In this document: positions 29,392 through 48,594 of the stretch, piece after piece
Layout of the letters: each line of letters starts with the position of its first letter
Numbering within the stretch: the stretch's first letter is position 1
From: Macrostomum lignano
Taxonomy: Eukaryota
Assembly: GCA_002269645.1 (NCBI GenBank)
Contig: NIVC01000017.1
Location: 1 to 64,000, forward strand
Reading direction: 5' to 3'
DNA length: 64,000 nucleotides
Program-made: the position numbers and the translations under genes
Notes under the pieces: model-generated
Database searches by the model: none
Seen by the model: only the letters and a program-made list of their open reading frames with translations
What the model was told of the DNA's origin: nothing

Positions 29392-31675
29392 GGAGTGTGA
29401 CTCACGGCTGGGGTAGGGAGTGTGACTCACGGCTGGGGTAGGGAGTGTGACTCACGGCTGGGGTAGGGAGGGTGACTCACGGCGGGGTAGCGAGTGTGAC
29501 TCACGGCTGGGGTAGCGAGTGTGACTCACGGCTGGGGTAGGGAGTGTGACTTACGGCTGGGGTAGGGAGTGTGACTCTCGGCTGTGGTAGGGAGTGTGAC
29601 TTACGGCTGTGGTAGCGAGTGTGACTTACGGCTGTGGTAGGGAGTGTGACTTACGGCTGTGGTAGGGAGTGTGACTTACGGCTGTGGTAGGGAGTGTGAC
29701 TTACGGCTGTGGTAGGGAGTGTGACTCTCGGCTGTGGTAGGGAGTGTGACTTACGGCTGTGGTAGCGAGTGTGACTTACGGCTGTGGTAGGGAGTGTGAC
29801 TTACGGCTGTGGTAGGGAGTGTGACTTACGGCTGTGGTAGGAAGTGTGACTCTCGGCTGTGGTAGGGAGTGTGACTCTCGGCTGTGGTAGGGAGTGTTAC
29901 TTACGGCTGGGGTAGCGAGTGTGACTCTCGGCTGTGGTAGCGAGTGTGACTCTCGGCTGGGGTAGGAAGTGTGACTCTCGACTGTGGTAGGGAGTGTGAC
30001 TCTCGGCTGTGGTAGGGAGTGTGACTTACGGCTGTGGTAGCGAGTGTGACTTACGGCTGTGGTAGGGAGTGTGACTCTCGGCTGGGGTAGGGAGTGTGAC
30101 TCTCGGCTTGGGTAGCGAGTGTGACTCACGGCTGTGGTAGGGAGTGTGACTCACGGCTGGGGTAGGGAGTGTGACTCACGGCTGGGGTAGCGAGTGTGAC
30201 TCACGGCTGGGGTAGGGAGTGTGACTTACGGCTGGGGTAGGGAGTGTGACTCTCGGCTGTGGTAGGGAGTGTGACTTACGGCTGTGGTAGCGAGTGTGAC
30301 TTACGGCTGTGGTAGGGAGTGTGACTTACGGCTGTGGTAGGGAGTGTGACTTACGGCTGTGGTAGGGAGTGTGACTTACGGCTGTGGTAGGGAGTGTGAC
30401 TCTCGGCTGTGGTAGGGAGTGTGACTTACGGCTGTGGTAGCGAGTGTGACTTACGGCTGTGGTAGGGAGTGTGACTTACGGCTGTGGTAGGAAGTGTGAC
30501 TCTCGGCTGTGGTAGGGAGTGTGACTCTCGGCTGTGGTAGGGAGTGTTACTTACGGCTGGGGTAGCGAGTGTGACTCTCGGCTGTGGTAGGGAGTGTTAC
30601 TTACGGCTGGGGTAGGAAGTGTGACTCTCGGCTATGGTAGGGAGTGTGACTTACGGCTGTGGTAGGGAGTGTGACTCTCGGCTGTGGTAGGGAGTGTGAC
30701 TCTCGGCTGGGGTAGGGAGTGTGACTTACGGCTGTGGTAGCGAGTGTGACTCTCGGCTGGGGTAGGGAGTGTGACTCTCGGCTGGGGTAGGGAGTGTGAC
30801 TTACGGCTGGGGTAGGGAGTGTGACTTACGGCTGTGGTAGGGAGTGTGACTTACGGCTGTGGTAGGAAGTGTGACTCTCGGCTGTGGTAGGGAGTGTGAC
30901 TCTCGGCTGTGGTAGGGAGTGTTACTTACGGCTGGGGTAGCGAGTGTGACTCTCGGCTGTGGTAGGGAGTGTGACTTACGGCTGGGGTAGGAAGTGTGAC
31001 TTACGGCTGGGGTAGGGAGTGTGACTTACGGCTGTGGTAGGGAGTGTGACTCTCGGCTGGGGTAGGGAGTGTGACTCTCGGCTTGGGTAGCGAGTGTGAC
31101 TCACGGCTGGGGTAGGGAGTGTGACTCACGGCTGGGGTAGGGAGTGTGACTCTCGGCTGGGGTAGGGAGTGTGACTCTCGGCTGTGGTAGGGAGTGTGAC
31201 TCTCGGCTGTGGTAGGGAGTGTGACTTACGGCTGTGGTAGCGAGTGTGACTTACGGCTGTGGTAGGGAGTGTGACTTACGGCTGTGGTAGGGAGTGTGAC
31301 TTACGGCTGGGGTAGGAAGTGTGACTCTCGGCTGTGGTAGGGAGTGTGACTCTCGGCTGGGGTAGGGAGTGGGACTCTCGGCTGTGGTAGGGAGTGTGAC
31401 TCTCGGCTGGGGTAGGGAGTGTGACTCTCGGCTGTGGTAAGGAGTGTGACTCTCGGCTGGGGTAGGGAGTGTGACTCTCGGCTGGGGTAGGGAGTGTGAC
31501 TCACAGATGGGTTAATGGTGTGACTCACAGATGGGTTAATGGTGTGACTCACAGATGGGTTAATGGTGTGACTCACAGATGGGTTAATGGTGTGACTCAC
31601 AGATGGGTTAATGGTGTGACTCACAGATGGGTTAATGGTGTGACTCACAGATGGGTTAATGGTGTGACTCACAGA
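29387..31675. repeat. 25-bp G-rich minisatellite (GGGAGTGTGACTCACGGCTGGGGTA) switching at about 31495 to a 24-bp unit (GTGTGACTCACAGATGGGTTAATG)
   Basis: Tandem periodicity; both units share the core GTGTGACTCAC. Confidence 0.97.
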
Positions 31676-32769
31676 TTAAGCCCCTAAGATGTACCCTGCA
31701 ACAGGGTAATCAGTGTAGTGAATTAAGTAACCCTCTAGGAGTAGTCATGGGAGACAAGTAATTAGTATATTAAGAGTAGTAGTTTTATTTTTTAATTTTT
31801 TTAAATCTTTTTTATTTACACCATGTGTCCTTGCTTTTCTGTTCGGTGATAATTTTCAAAGGCGATGATATTCAAAGCTAATTTTGAATATAAGCAAAAT
31901 ATCTGTACAAAGTTATATTGCGAAGGAAAAGTACAAGTTTATATAACACTTGTACTAAACGAGTTACTAAGTGAAATTAATGAAGTCTCATAGTGGAGTC
32001 TCATGGGTGAGATTCGTTTATGCAGAGATTTTCTCAGTGGAGTCTTGTGGGTGAGATTCCTTTGGAGCTGAGATTTGCTCAGGGGAGTCCCACAGATACT
32101 CGTACTGAAGTAAGATCAGTTGGAACATTAAAAGCTAAAATAAATTGAAACTAACAAAGCGGCTAAAATAAATTACTGAGGTAATTCTCGAGTCAGTCGA
32201 AGACTGATTTCAATAAACAGTTTATTTTATCTGTAAACGTTGTCATGGTTACGAGTGTACAAACACAGCTGGTTTCAGCCTTTAACATGCAGCTGTATAG
32301 CCAAAACGAATCCAAGAGAGGATACCCTCGGGTATCGAAACAGGAAACAGGCGAAAAAAAGCTATCATTTCTACTGTCAGTAAACAGCTGTGTACATAAA
32401 GGTAAAAATGTATCAAAATCTTAAAAAAATCTTCTAAAATCGTTTTGATTTTTTTTAGCAATTTACCATGGCAGCTGAAGTAGAACTACGGACGCAAATC
32501 GTATATGTTATGCTGGAGGCCGCTTAGTCAATGTGTTCATGGATCGGTTATTTAAAAATCTAGTTAAGAATAACAAAAAATCCTATTTTGCCAATAGCCC
32601 ATTGTTGCTGGCGAACTGTTTTTTCCTGCCGAAAATTTCATCAGTCCTAGAATTTCAGATTTTCAGCATCTGGACTGGAAGTTATTTATAGAACTCCATG
32701 GTACAGAATGATCTCTTCGAGTTGTCTATGGGTGAACCCCCCGCCTCTGCACGAGCGTCTCCTCCAGCA

Positions 32770-40045
<7,276 letters not shown>

Positions 40046-41643
40046 GTAGAATTGTGATCTGAAAGTTTTATATATTCGGTAAAGTAATGAGATTAATAGA
40101 CGTTTCTAAAGACTTAAATTACTTGACTAATTTATATCATTTATATCCAATATCTTATTACTGATAAGAGTTTACAATGTTTGGTAAGGAATTATTTATA
40201 CTTTAGGTAGTATTCTCAGTCATAACTCTAGAAATTATGTAATTAAATAGATTCTTTAGGAATAATATTTTTAAATTGCAAAAAAATTAGTTTCGTTTCT
40301 ACACAACACTGAAAAATATTGAATAATTTCTTCTTTGCCTTGAAAAGGCTAGAAGCCGATAAATATTCATTCAATTAATATTAATCACATCAACCTGTTC
40401 GCATAATGATATATTAATTGTCATGAGAACTAGAAAGAATCAAAGACCACTGTATATAGCTATGCAGTGGTCCTTGGATTCGCTTGGAAAGAATTTAATA
40501 GAAAATGACGTCCATGCAGCTATTTTAGTTTTCGCCAATGTGGCAATGTCAATTTTAATTAATTTGCTATTGAAATTATGAACAATTTATTAAAGAATAG
40601 AATTAAAGAAAGATTTGAAAATTAAAACGAAACATTAAAAAGAATAAAATATAATTCATTGCTTTGTTATTTAATTTAAATCTAGAGGATGCGCCTTAGG
40701 CATGGTGTTGATAAAAAACGGCAGTAAAATGACAAGTTGAATTCTTTAACGAAGCGAGTCAATCAACGTTCATTTTTGTAATGAAATAACAAAAAAGTGA
40801 ATCATTTTGCCATTGTACCTCATTATTCTGTATTTTTATTTGAATTCATATAGTTAATTTTACATGCACTAATATAAAAGTATGATATTTCAGACCGTTC
40901 GAAAACGCAAACTTGTTTGTGTTGTTGATTTGCCGGCTGTAGATCTAAACCACCACAGAATATTCTGTGGATCTAAGCAGAAAAAGCTTTTTGTATATTC
41001 TTCAAAATTGCCAGAGTGAGGCCATCCTGTCAAACCTTCCATCATCGTGCTGGGGAACATGACGCAAAGACGTGTTGGCGTAATGTATATGTACCTCCCA
41101 ACGTGGGCTCCCTAATTCTCTTTTATTGTTCAATTCGAAGCCTTAAAGCGTTCTAAATCAAACGCAATTTAAAGTGTCGGAAATGTAGTATTTTTCTCAG
41201 AGTGAGGGTACCGATTCTATACCCATAACACGTAGGATACATGATACTGTAGATTTTTTGGAAAAAAAAGAAAAAAATTATTGCATTTTAGAAGCTTATT
41301 AAAATTCACCTACACCAGACAACTTTTGCATTGCTCATGTAACACAAATAACGTATATGTGAATAGATATTTTATTTCATGAATGGTAATCGGCCTAAAT
41401 GAGCATTTAGTGATGTTTTAAGATACATTTATTTAGAGAAAAAAATTATTTATTTATAAAAATGTCAACCTAATCACATGTACGAACCTCGTATGTAAAA
41501 AATCCGTAAAAAGTGCGAATACTAAATTAGAGTGTACGTTTTAATTTACATGCAGTCCATGCAAAGATGGTAACTGTTGCGATTTTCTAAAGTAAATCTC
41601 GTTTAGTTAAGTACATGTATATATGTACATGTACAGATGGAAA

Positions 41644-44600
41644 TCAGAAGCTTGTATTTTGCATTGCCGGGGAATAGGTGCAACCACCCGCTGTGTCATA
41701 GTAATAATTGTAGTAATGTCCTGTATCGAAGGACGGAAATTGCTGCTGCTGCGTTAGATTCTGCTGCGGTTGCAGTTGAGGATAAAAGTACATTTGATGC
41801 TCGCCCTGTGAGGGAAACTCCTGTTCAAGCAGTTTCGATTCATTATAGTAGTTTGGATGCTGCTGCGTGCTTGAGTGAAACCCATACTGATCGCGCTTTA
41901 GCTTTTGATCGTCAAAGCAGTCTGTGTTGTAACCGCATGCGCCTGTGCCTGCAGCGCTCGTCGGCATCGGTGTGGCTGCAGCGGCCGGTTCCATCGCGTC
42001 CGACGCGGCAGACGATGCTCCCTAAAAAATTTCAAGCATATTTATTCCTGAAGAAGAACTATTAATTGGATATCTATAGCCCAGACCGTATGACATCTAA
42101 ATTGAATCTGACGGTGATGACAGTGGCAGAGCGGTAAAGCGCCAGACTCGCGCGCCACGACCCCTCTGGTTCAATTCCGTACGCGGTCACATCAATTTGG
42201 GGCTTGTGAGTCCATAAGAATTTACAGGGGCCTTGTCATGCGATTGTGCTCCAACCCCCAAGGCACAGAGAGTGTACATGCCTGACGATTAGAAAGTGTA
42301 CACCCTGTATGAGCATGAGTATGAGTGCTGTGCCTGCGTCAGCTCAGGAGTCAGCGGAACGGGCAGACTTGCCTCAGCGCTGGCTGTGGGACCATGTCGC
42401 CAGGGTGCCTTCCTGTGAATCTTATTCTTATTATTGTTGACTTTCATAACCAGCAGTAGCAATGTCAAAGAAAACAAACCGCCTTGTCGTTCGACTTCCT
42501 CGCTCCCTCCTCTGTGACCGTCTTGTCCTGACGCTGCCGTCTGAACCGCTTCCGCCTGCGCAGGTAGCTGCCATTGTCGAACATGCTGTAGGCCTCCGGG
42601 TGCAGCGTCCAGTAGCTGCCTTTGCCCGCCTTAGCTGAATCGCTTCGCGGCACCTTCACGAAGCACTCGTTCAATGACAGATTGTGCCTGATGGAGTTCT
42701 GCCAGCCCTGCTTGTTGTCCCGATAGTAAGGGAAGCTGCGGGCCAGAGTCGGTCAAGTGCAGTGGATCTGTGTCATTTTCATATCATTAATATCTCTGAT
42801 CCATTGTACATTCTTATCTCTGATTCTAAGTACTATCTTATCTCTGATCCTGAGTACTATCTTATCTCTGATCCTGAGTACTATCTTATCTCTGATCCTG
42901 AGTACATTCTTATCTCTGATCCTGAGTACATTCTTATCTCTGATCCTGAGTACAATCTTATCTCTGATCTAATTCCATATCTAATGTACTTTAGATTCAT
43001 TTTTCTACTTCTGGAACCCAAGCACTATACTTGAACACTATCAGAGAATAGACCCTGATAGTGTTCGTTGAACCAACGTTTTGCCTAATTTAACTAATTA
43101 AGCACTTTGATTCATTAGAAACGTCTATGAAGCGGTATATCGTCAAAGGAGCGTCTCAGCTTCTAGCAGGCGGCCTCTTAATTGCCAAGAGAGGTGTGGA
43201 AGCAACCGCGGCAATATTTGCCAACTTTAGCAAAGCAGTTTGGTATCGTCTCTTAAAAAAGGCGGTCTGCTGTGGTTTCCACTTTATCACGATAAACCCG
43301 AACCCACCCTGCTCTCAGGCTATTGTACTCCGGCTTATGTGACATTCATCAACTGACGCACCTGTCAGAAATGACGCCTCACAGTGAAGATGATGGGGGT
43401 ATTTTTTTCATTATTCGAGTTTTGCGCTTTCTAACTGAGTTGCAGACCCAGCAGTATAATGTGCTGCTGTAAGGCCACTAATTCGCGCAAAAGTAGGCTG
43501 GCTTTGAGTAGGCTTGCGCATTTGCAGCTGGTCTTTCTGAGTGCCTCGAATAGACAGCTATTTCTATTTTAAAGCTGCGACCTTCTGCACCCCCAAATTA
43601 CTCAGAAAGCGAAGTGAGATCGAAGCATTCAATAAAGAGGGAGTTGCTTTCAGAGCAAAGACACATTAACTGTATTAGAACTAGATTAGCGATCCATTTT
43701 ATCCTTGATTGATGTAGGCTAGATTAGCAATCCATTCTATTCCTTCACTGATGTAGGCTAGATTAGCAATCCATTTTATTCCTTCACTGATGTAGGCTAG
43801 ATTAGCAATCCATTCTATTCCTTCACTGATGTAGGCTAGATTAGCAATCCATTCTATTCCATCACTGATGTAGGCTAGATTAGCAATCCATTCTATTCCT
43901 TCACTGATGTAGGCTAGATTAGCAATCCATTTTATCCTCGATTGATGTAGGCTAGATTAGCAATCCATTCTATTCCTTCACCGATGTAGGCTAGATTAGC
44001 AATCCATTCTATTCCTTCACTGATGTAGGCTAGATTAGCAATCCATTCTATTCCTTCATTGATGTAGGCTAGATTAGCAATCCATTTTATCCTCGATTGA
44101 TGTAGGCTAGATTAGCAATCCATTCTATTCCCTCATTTATTGATGTAGGCTAGATTAGCAATCCATTTTATCCTCGATTGATGTAGGCTAGATTAGCAAT
44201 CCATTCTATTCCTTCACTGATGTAGGCTAGATTAGCAATCCATTATATTCCTTCATTGATGTAGGCTAGATTAGCAATCCATTCTATTCCTTCACTGATG
44301 TAGGCTAGATTAGCAATCCATTCTATTCCCTCATTTATTGATGTAGGCTAGATTAGCAATCCATTTTATCCTCGATTGATGTAGGCTAGATTAGCAATCC
44401 ATTCTATTCCTTCACTGATGTAGGCTAGATTAGCAATCAATTCTATTCCTTCACTGATGTAGGCTAGATTAGCAATCCATTCTATTCCATCACTGATGTA
44501 GGCTAGATTAGCAATCTATTTTATCCTCGATTGATTTAGGCTAGATTAGCAATCCATTCTATTCCTTCACTGATGTAGGCTAGATTAGCAATCCATTCTA

Positions 44601-45638
44601 TTCCCTCATTTATTGATGTAGGCTAGATTAGCAATCCATTCTATTCCTTCATTGATGTAGGCTAGATTAGCAATCCATTCTATTCCTTCATCACTGATGC
44701 AGGCTAGATTAGCAATCCATTCTATTCCTTCACTGATGTAGGCTAGATTAGCAATCCATTCTATTCCATCACTGATGTAGGCTAGATTAGCAATCCATTC
44801 TATTCCTTCACTGATGTAGGCTAGATTAGCAATCCATTCTATTCCTTCACTGATGTAGGCTAGATTAGCAATCCATTCTATTCCTTCATCACTGTTGTAG
44901 GCTAGATTAGCAATCCATTCTATTCCGTCATCATTGATGCAGGCTAGATTAGCAATCCATTCTATTCCGTCATCATTGATGTAGGCTATAGATTAGCAAT
45001 CCATTCTATTCCTTCATCATTGATGCAGGCTAGATTAGCAATCCATTCTATTCCGTCATCACTGATGTAGGCTAGATTAGCAATCCATTCTATTTCTTCA
45101 CTGATGTAGGCTAGATTAGCGATCCATTCTATTCCTTCATATCATGCAGGCTAGATTAGCGATCCATTCTATTCCTTCATATCATGCAGGCTAGATTAGC
45201 GATCCATTCTATTCCTTCATATCATGCAGGCTAGATTAGCGATCCATTCTATTCCTTCATATCATGCAGGCAAGATACGCACCGGTCCTTGATGAACTGA
45301 TAGATACCGCTGAGGGTGGCCCTGTGCTCAGGCTGAGCAGTGATAGCCATGCTGATCAGAGCAATGTAGGAATACGGCGGCTTGGCCAGCTCCTGATTTT
45401 GGACAGCGACAAAATGCTCCAGCTGCAGGTTGAGCTGCTCCATCGGTCCCACTGCTGGAAGCTGGGTCCGTCCTAGATGAAGCTGGCAAGCTGGGGCAAC
45501 AAGGTCTTGCGCATAGCTGCATGCAGGAACTGGTGGCGGTTGCTGCGGTTGCTGGGCCGTTGTCAAGGTGTCCCAGGTGATTCGATCAAAAGTTTGCACA
45601 GTTTCTGTTGCTGCCTCCAGTAGATTGAGCTGCTCCAT
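41644..45638 (-). CDS. FoxC: Forkhead-box transcription factor, most similar to the FoxC (C/S/L1) group, 329 aa, 3 exons
   Basis: Exons on the minus strand: 45638-45283, 42735-42480, 42021-41644 (990 nt). Forkhead domain [34 protein letters not shown]|[30 protein letters not shown]...GKGSYWTL...[14 protein letters not shown]. The Fox family call is certain; the subfamily call is moderate. Confidence 0.85.
42110..42410 (+). mobile_element. SINE family 1, most complete copy (tRNA-derived head), in Fox intron 2
   Basis: A box TGGCAGAGCGG at 42124-42134 and B box GGTTCAATTCC at 42168-42178, followed by a body shared with four other copies. It does not close a proper tRNA acceptor stem. Confidence 0.8.
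42835..42968. repeat. 24-bp minisatellite (TATCTCTGATCCTGAGTACTATCT), Fox intron 1
   Basis: Tandem periodicity. Confidence 0.9.
43678..45270 (-). repeat. Satellite family A array (reverse orientation on +), Fox intron 1
   Basis: Reverse complement of the 42-bp unit; begins about 12 nt from the donor. Confidence 0.97.
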
Positions 45639-46549
45639 CTCTTCCGAAATGCTCAGTGTCGTACATGTGTGAGATTTCAGAATTCAGAACTTTGCAACAT
45701 TTCTAAGGTCTTTAATATGACCTGATGGAGGTGAGCCAATGAAAATATAGCACTGCAAATTGTCCAATTGTTGCTTCTGAAAGCAGAAAAAGCACGCCTG
45801 CTTCCAAATTCAACTGAACTAGGGCTGTTTTCAATTTATTAACTATGCATTGAAAGACAATAACAGTTTGTTAGCTATAGTGACGCTTATGATTCACGCA
45901 GATCATGTGGAAACTCCGACAGCTAATAATATTCCCACACGGTTTGTTACACACTTTTTCTCAAGACCCCGTGTAGATGAATAAAGAGACACAATAGTAC
46001 CTTTATGGAGATCTGCCACTTTCTGCAGCTTTTCATATTCTGTATTTTATGAAATATTTCATTCTTTTCATATTTCATATTTTCATATCATTATTCTGTT
46101 GGTGTTGATCAACTTTGAGCATCCGTTATCAGACATTTGAGTTTAGGTTGATAAAAGAATTTGGATTTTCCTGCGAGTCTAAGTGAATGTGGATCTTCAA
46201 TATGATATAGAATAAAAAAACTACAAAAAATTAATTCCTTCTGCTATTTGCTATTTATAATTGTTTTTCATACTCATAAGAACTAGTAACTGAAAAAATT
46301 AATGAAGTCAGAATAAATATTACGTCATTTTGAATAGGTCTCTATGCCTCTATTCAAGTTTTAGGTTGATATATAAAATAAATCCCCATAAAGAATCTCC
46401 CTACGTTAAAACCCCATTCCGTATGCCTCGGTGATTGACTTGAAAAATAATCCATAGAAATAAAGACTTTCCGTGACAATATTTGCGTTCTCCGGGATTT
46501 TATTTGGTAATATTCAATAATATCCCGCAAAGTCTTAATGTCTATGGTT

Positions 46550-46663
46550 TATACGAGATTACACATGCCTTTTTCGGGAGTCATTTTCATAAATCCCTCG
46601 GGCCTCAGGCCCTCGTGATTTATACAAATAACTCCCTCAAAAGGCATGTTTAATCTGATACGT
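46550..46663. mobile_element. Imperfect palindromic element of about 110 bp with a central GC hairpin (non-autonomous DNA element-like)
   Basis: GATTACACATGCCTTTTTCGGGAGT pairs with ACTCCCTCAAAAGGCATGTTTAATC; the inner ATAAATCCCTCGGGCC pairs with GGCCCTCGTGATTTAT. Confidence 0.65.
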
Positions 46664-47059
46664 ACCGCTAAGTCTATGGTCACGTGACTCTGGCTTTCCA
46701 CTAGCTCCTGAGTGTTAGCTCGCACCTTAGGCGCTCGCAAGCTAAGAAGCTGATGTGTACAGTTTTTATTTCAATCGTCTATGCCCAGCCTACTCTGCGG
46801 CTTGTCTGTTAATAAGTAAAATGATTGTCATTAATATTCAATACTAATTTATCAACTTAGCTTTATCACAATCGTCAGGCTTTAGCATGGCTGGAGCGCC
46901 TACGCCAAAGTCGAGCAGGTCTCGCGGTCGACAGTCAAAAATCATTGATTTTTTAAATCAGACTACCGCTGGGTCGAGTCTTAACAATCAAGACCGGCAA
47001 TTACCAGCTCGCGAGCAGATGTCTGATGCGACTGTAAATCAAGTAACGTCGCGTTCGCA

Positions 47060-47429
47060 TCAGCGACTACTCGCCGCCGCGTCAATTACAACACTGGTCA
47101 ACGCCGCGGTGCGCAGCAGATCCAACCGACAGCGGACGGCCACCTGGACAAGAGCCGAGCGGGCGGACTACGCACAATTCCGCTCAGGAAAACACGCAAG
47201 GCTGCGAGTGAATGCCCATCGTATTGGCTGGACAGCGGATCCGACATGCCGGAGGTGCGGTGACGAACCAGAGAACCTCCAGCACGTCCTTCTCGACTGC
47301 CCGGCTACGGAAGTGGACCGCCGCACTCTGGGCATCACGGCCCTCGCGGGCCTCTGCAAGATGCCAGTAGAATGTCGCAAGCTCTGGCATAACTTTCTAA
47401 GGCATCGTAAACGCAATGCCAAGCGTTGA
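47060..47429 (+). mobile_element. 3' fragment of a non-LTR retrotransposon ORF2 (C-terminal CCHC zinc knuckle)
   Basis: YAQFRSGKHARLRVNAHRIGWTADPTCRRCGDEPENLQHVLLDCPA fits the QxRxGH...CxxC(x8)H(x4)C tail of I/R1/Jockey-type LINE ORF2. No RT domain is present. Confidence 0.75.
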
Positions 47430-47650
47430 ACTTTCGCTTGTTTAGGTCACTCCTTTGCCTGGTTTTGTCGATCATTTGGCGACGAATTCAACGTCAAAGC
47501 CAAATATCAACCGATCGTGAAGGAGAGATGGAACAAGCCGGCGCTAAGCATCGCGGCATTCGCTGACACCAGACACTGTGGCGTCCAATATTTTGTTACC
47601 TCAGCTGCACACCTTTCTGTTAGCTACGCTCGTACATTCAAAATTTCGTA

Positions 47651-47880
47651 CTTGAGGTTGTAAGCCTAGTGGTTATGAGCTTTGGACTCACGACTGAAAG
47701 GTCGGGGGTTCGATTCTCCACCCACTTGGAACAATTTGTGTCCTTTGAGCAAGACACTGAACTCTTGCTTCAGTTCCCAACACTGTCCCTCAGTCTGTGG
47801 ACTGAACAGCCGTACGCAGCGGCTGAGCTGTCGGTTGCACATCTGGCCCAATTGGGGCAGGTGTAATCAATTATTATCAT
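47651..47880 (+). mobile_element. SINE family 2 (tRNA head plus CORE-like domain)
   Basis: A-box-like TAAGCCTAGTGG at 47661-47672, B box GGTTCGATTC at 47707-47716, then GTGTCCTTTGAGCAAGACACTGAACTC..TTGCTTCAGTTC, with an AT-rich tail. Confidence 0.78.
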
Positions 47881-48594
47881 AGTTATTATTTACATAAATG
47901 CCATAAACTCATAACTCCCCAGTTACGAATTTAAACGCACTTTTCTGGTCGAAAATATACTGCTTTAAGTAATGTTCAAGGGTCGTTCATAGTTCGTCGA
48001 CTAATTGACGCAACTGAAAGTAGTTCGTTTACGTTTTAGATTCACTATAACATTTCTAATTATAGTTAAATGATTAATAGCTTGAGACTCCGACTGCAAC
48101 TCCAAATGAATAGCTAAAATTGTTCCATTGCATAATATAAAAATGCCAACTATACTACTCCAGTTAAGTAGCTAGTAGCATATTGATATACAGCACCTTT
48201 CTATGAAAAACAAAATGTTGACGAACCAGATCAGAATTGACTTTGGAAAACTGGATTTCAATCCCAGCGGATTAGGAAAATTTTGATTATTAAAATTTAA
48301 AAGTTTTGTGTTCATAGAATTGAGAGTTGCTAGCCATTTCCTAACTGCCTAGCCAGTGTGTGAAGCTCGAAACTTAATTGCTTTATCTCTCTCGCTCACA
48401 GAATAGCAGAATAGCAGAAAAATTTCTGCCCCAAAAAAGAAGAAGATGGACATTTAAGAAAAAGAAATTTGCAGTCTCAGGCACTGAGAGCCAGGCTCAA
48501 GCTCAGGTGAGCGAAACCCTGATTGCAGAAGCGCTCTTGTTTGCACTCGTGTAGTTTCAGCTCCGAGCTTGCCCAAGGAAATTTCTTCTTCTAA

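Noticed and set aside
42113-42190. Possible tRNA gene
   Set aside because: A and B boxes are present but there is no good acceptor stem or anticodon arm, and it continues into a body shared with four dispersed copies, so it is a SINE head.
45560-45666. Upstream ATG at 45666 (minus strand) as an alternative Fox start
   Set aside because: It is out of frame with the forkhead ORF (28 nt offset) and gives only a short overlapping uORF.
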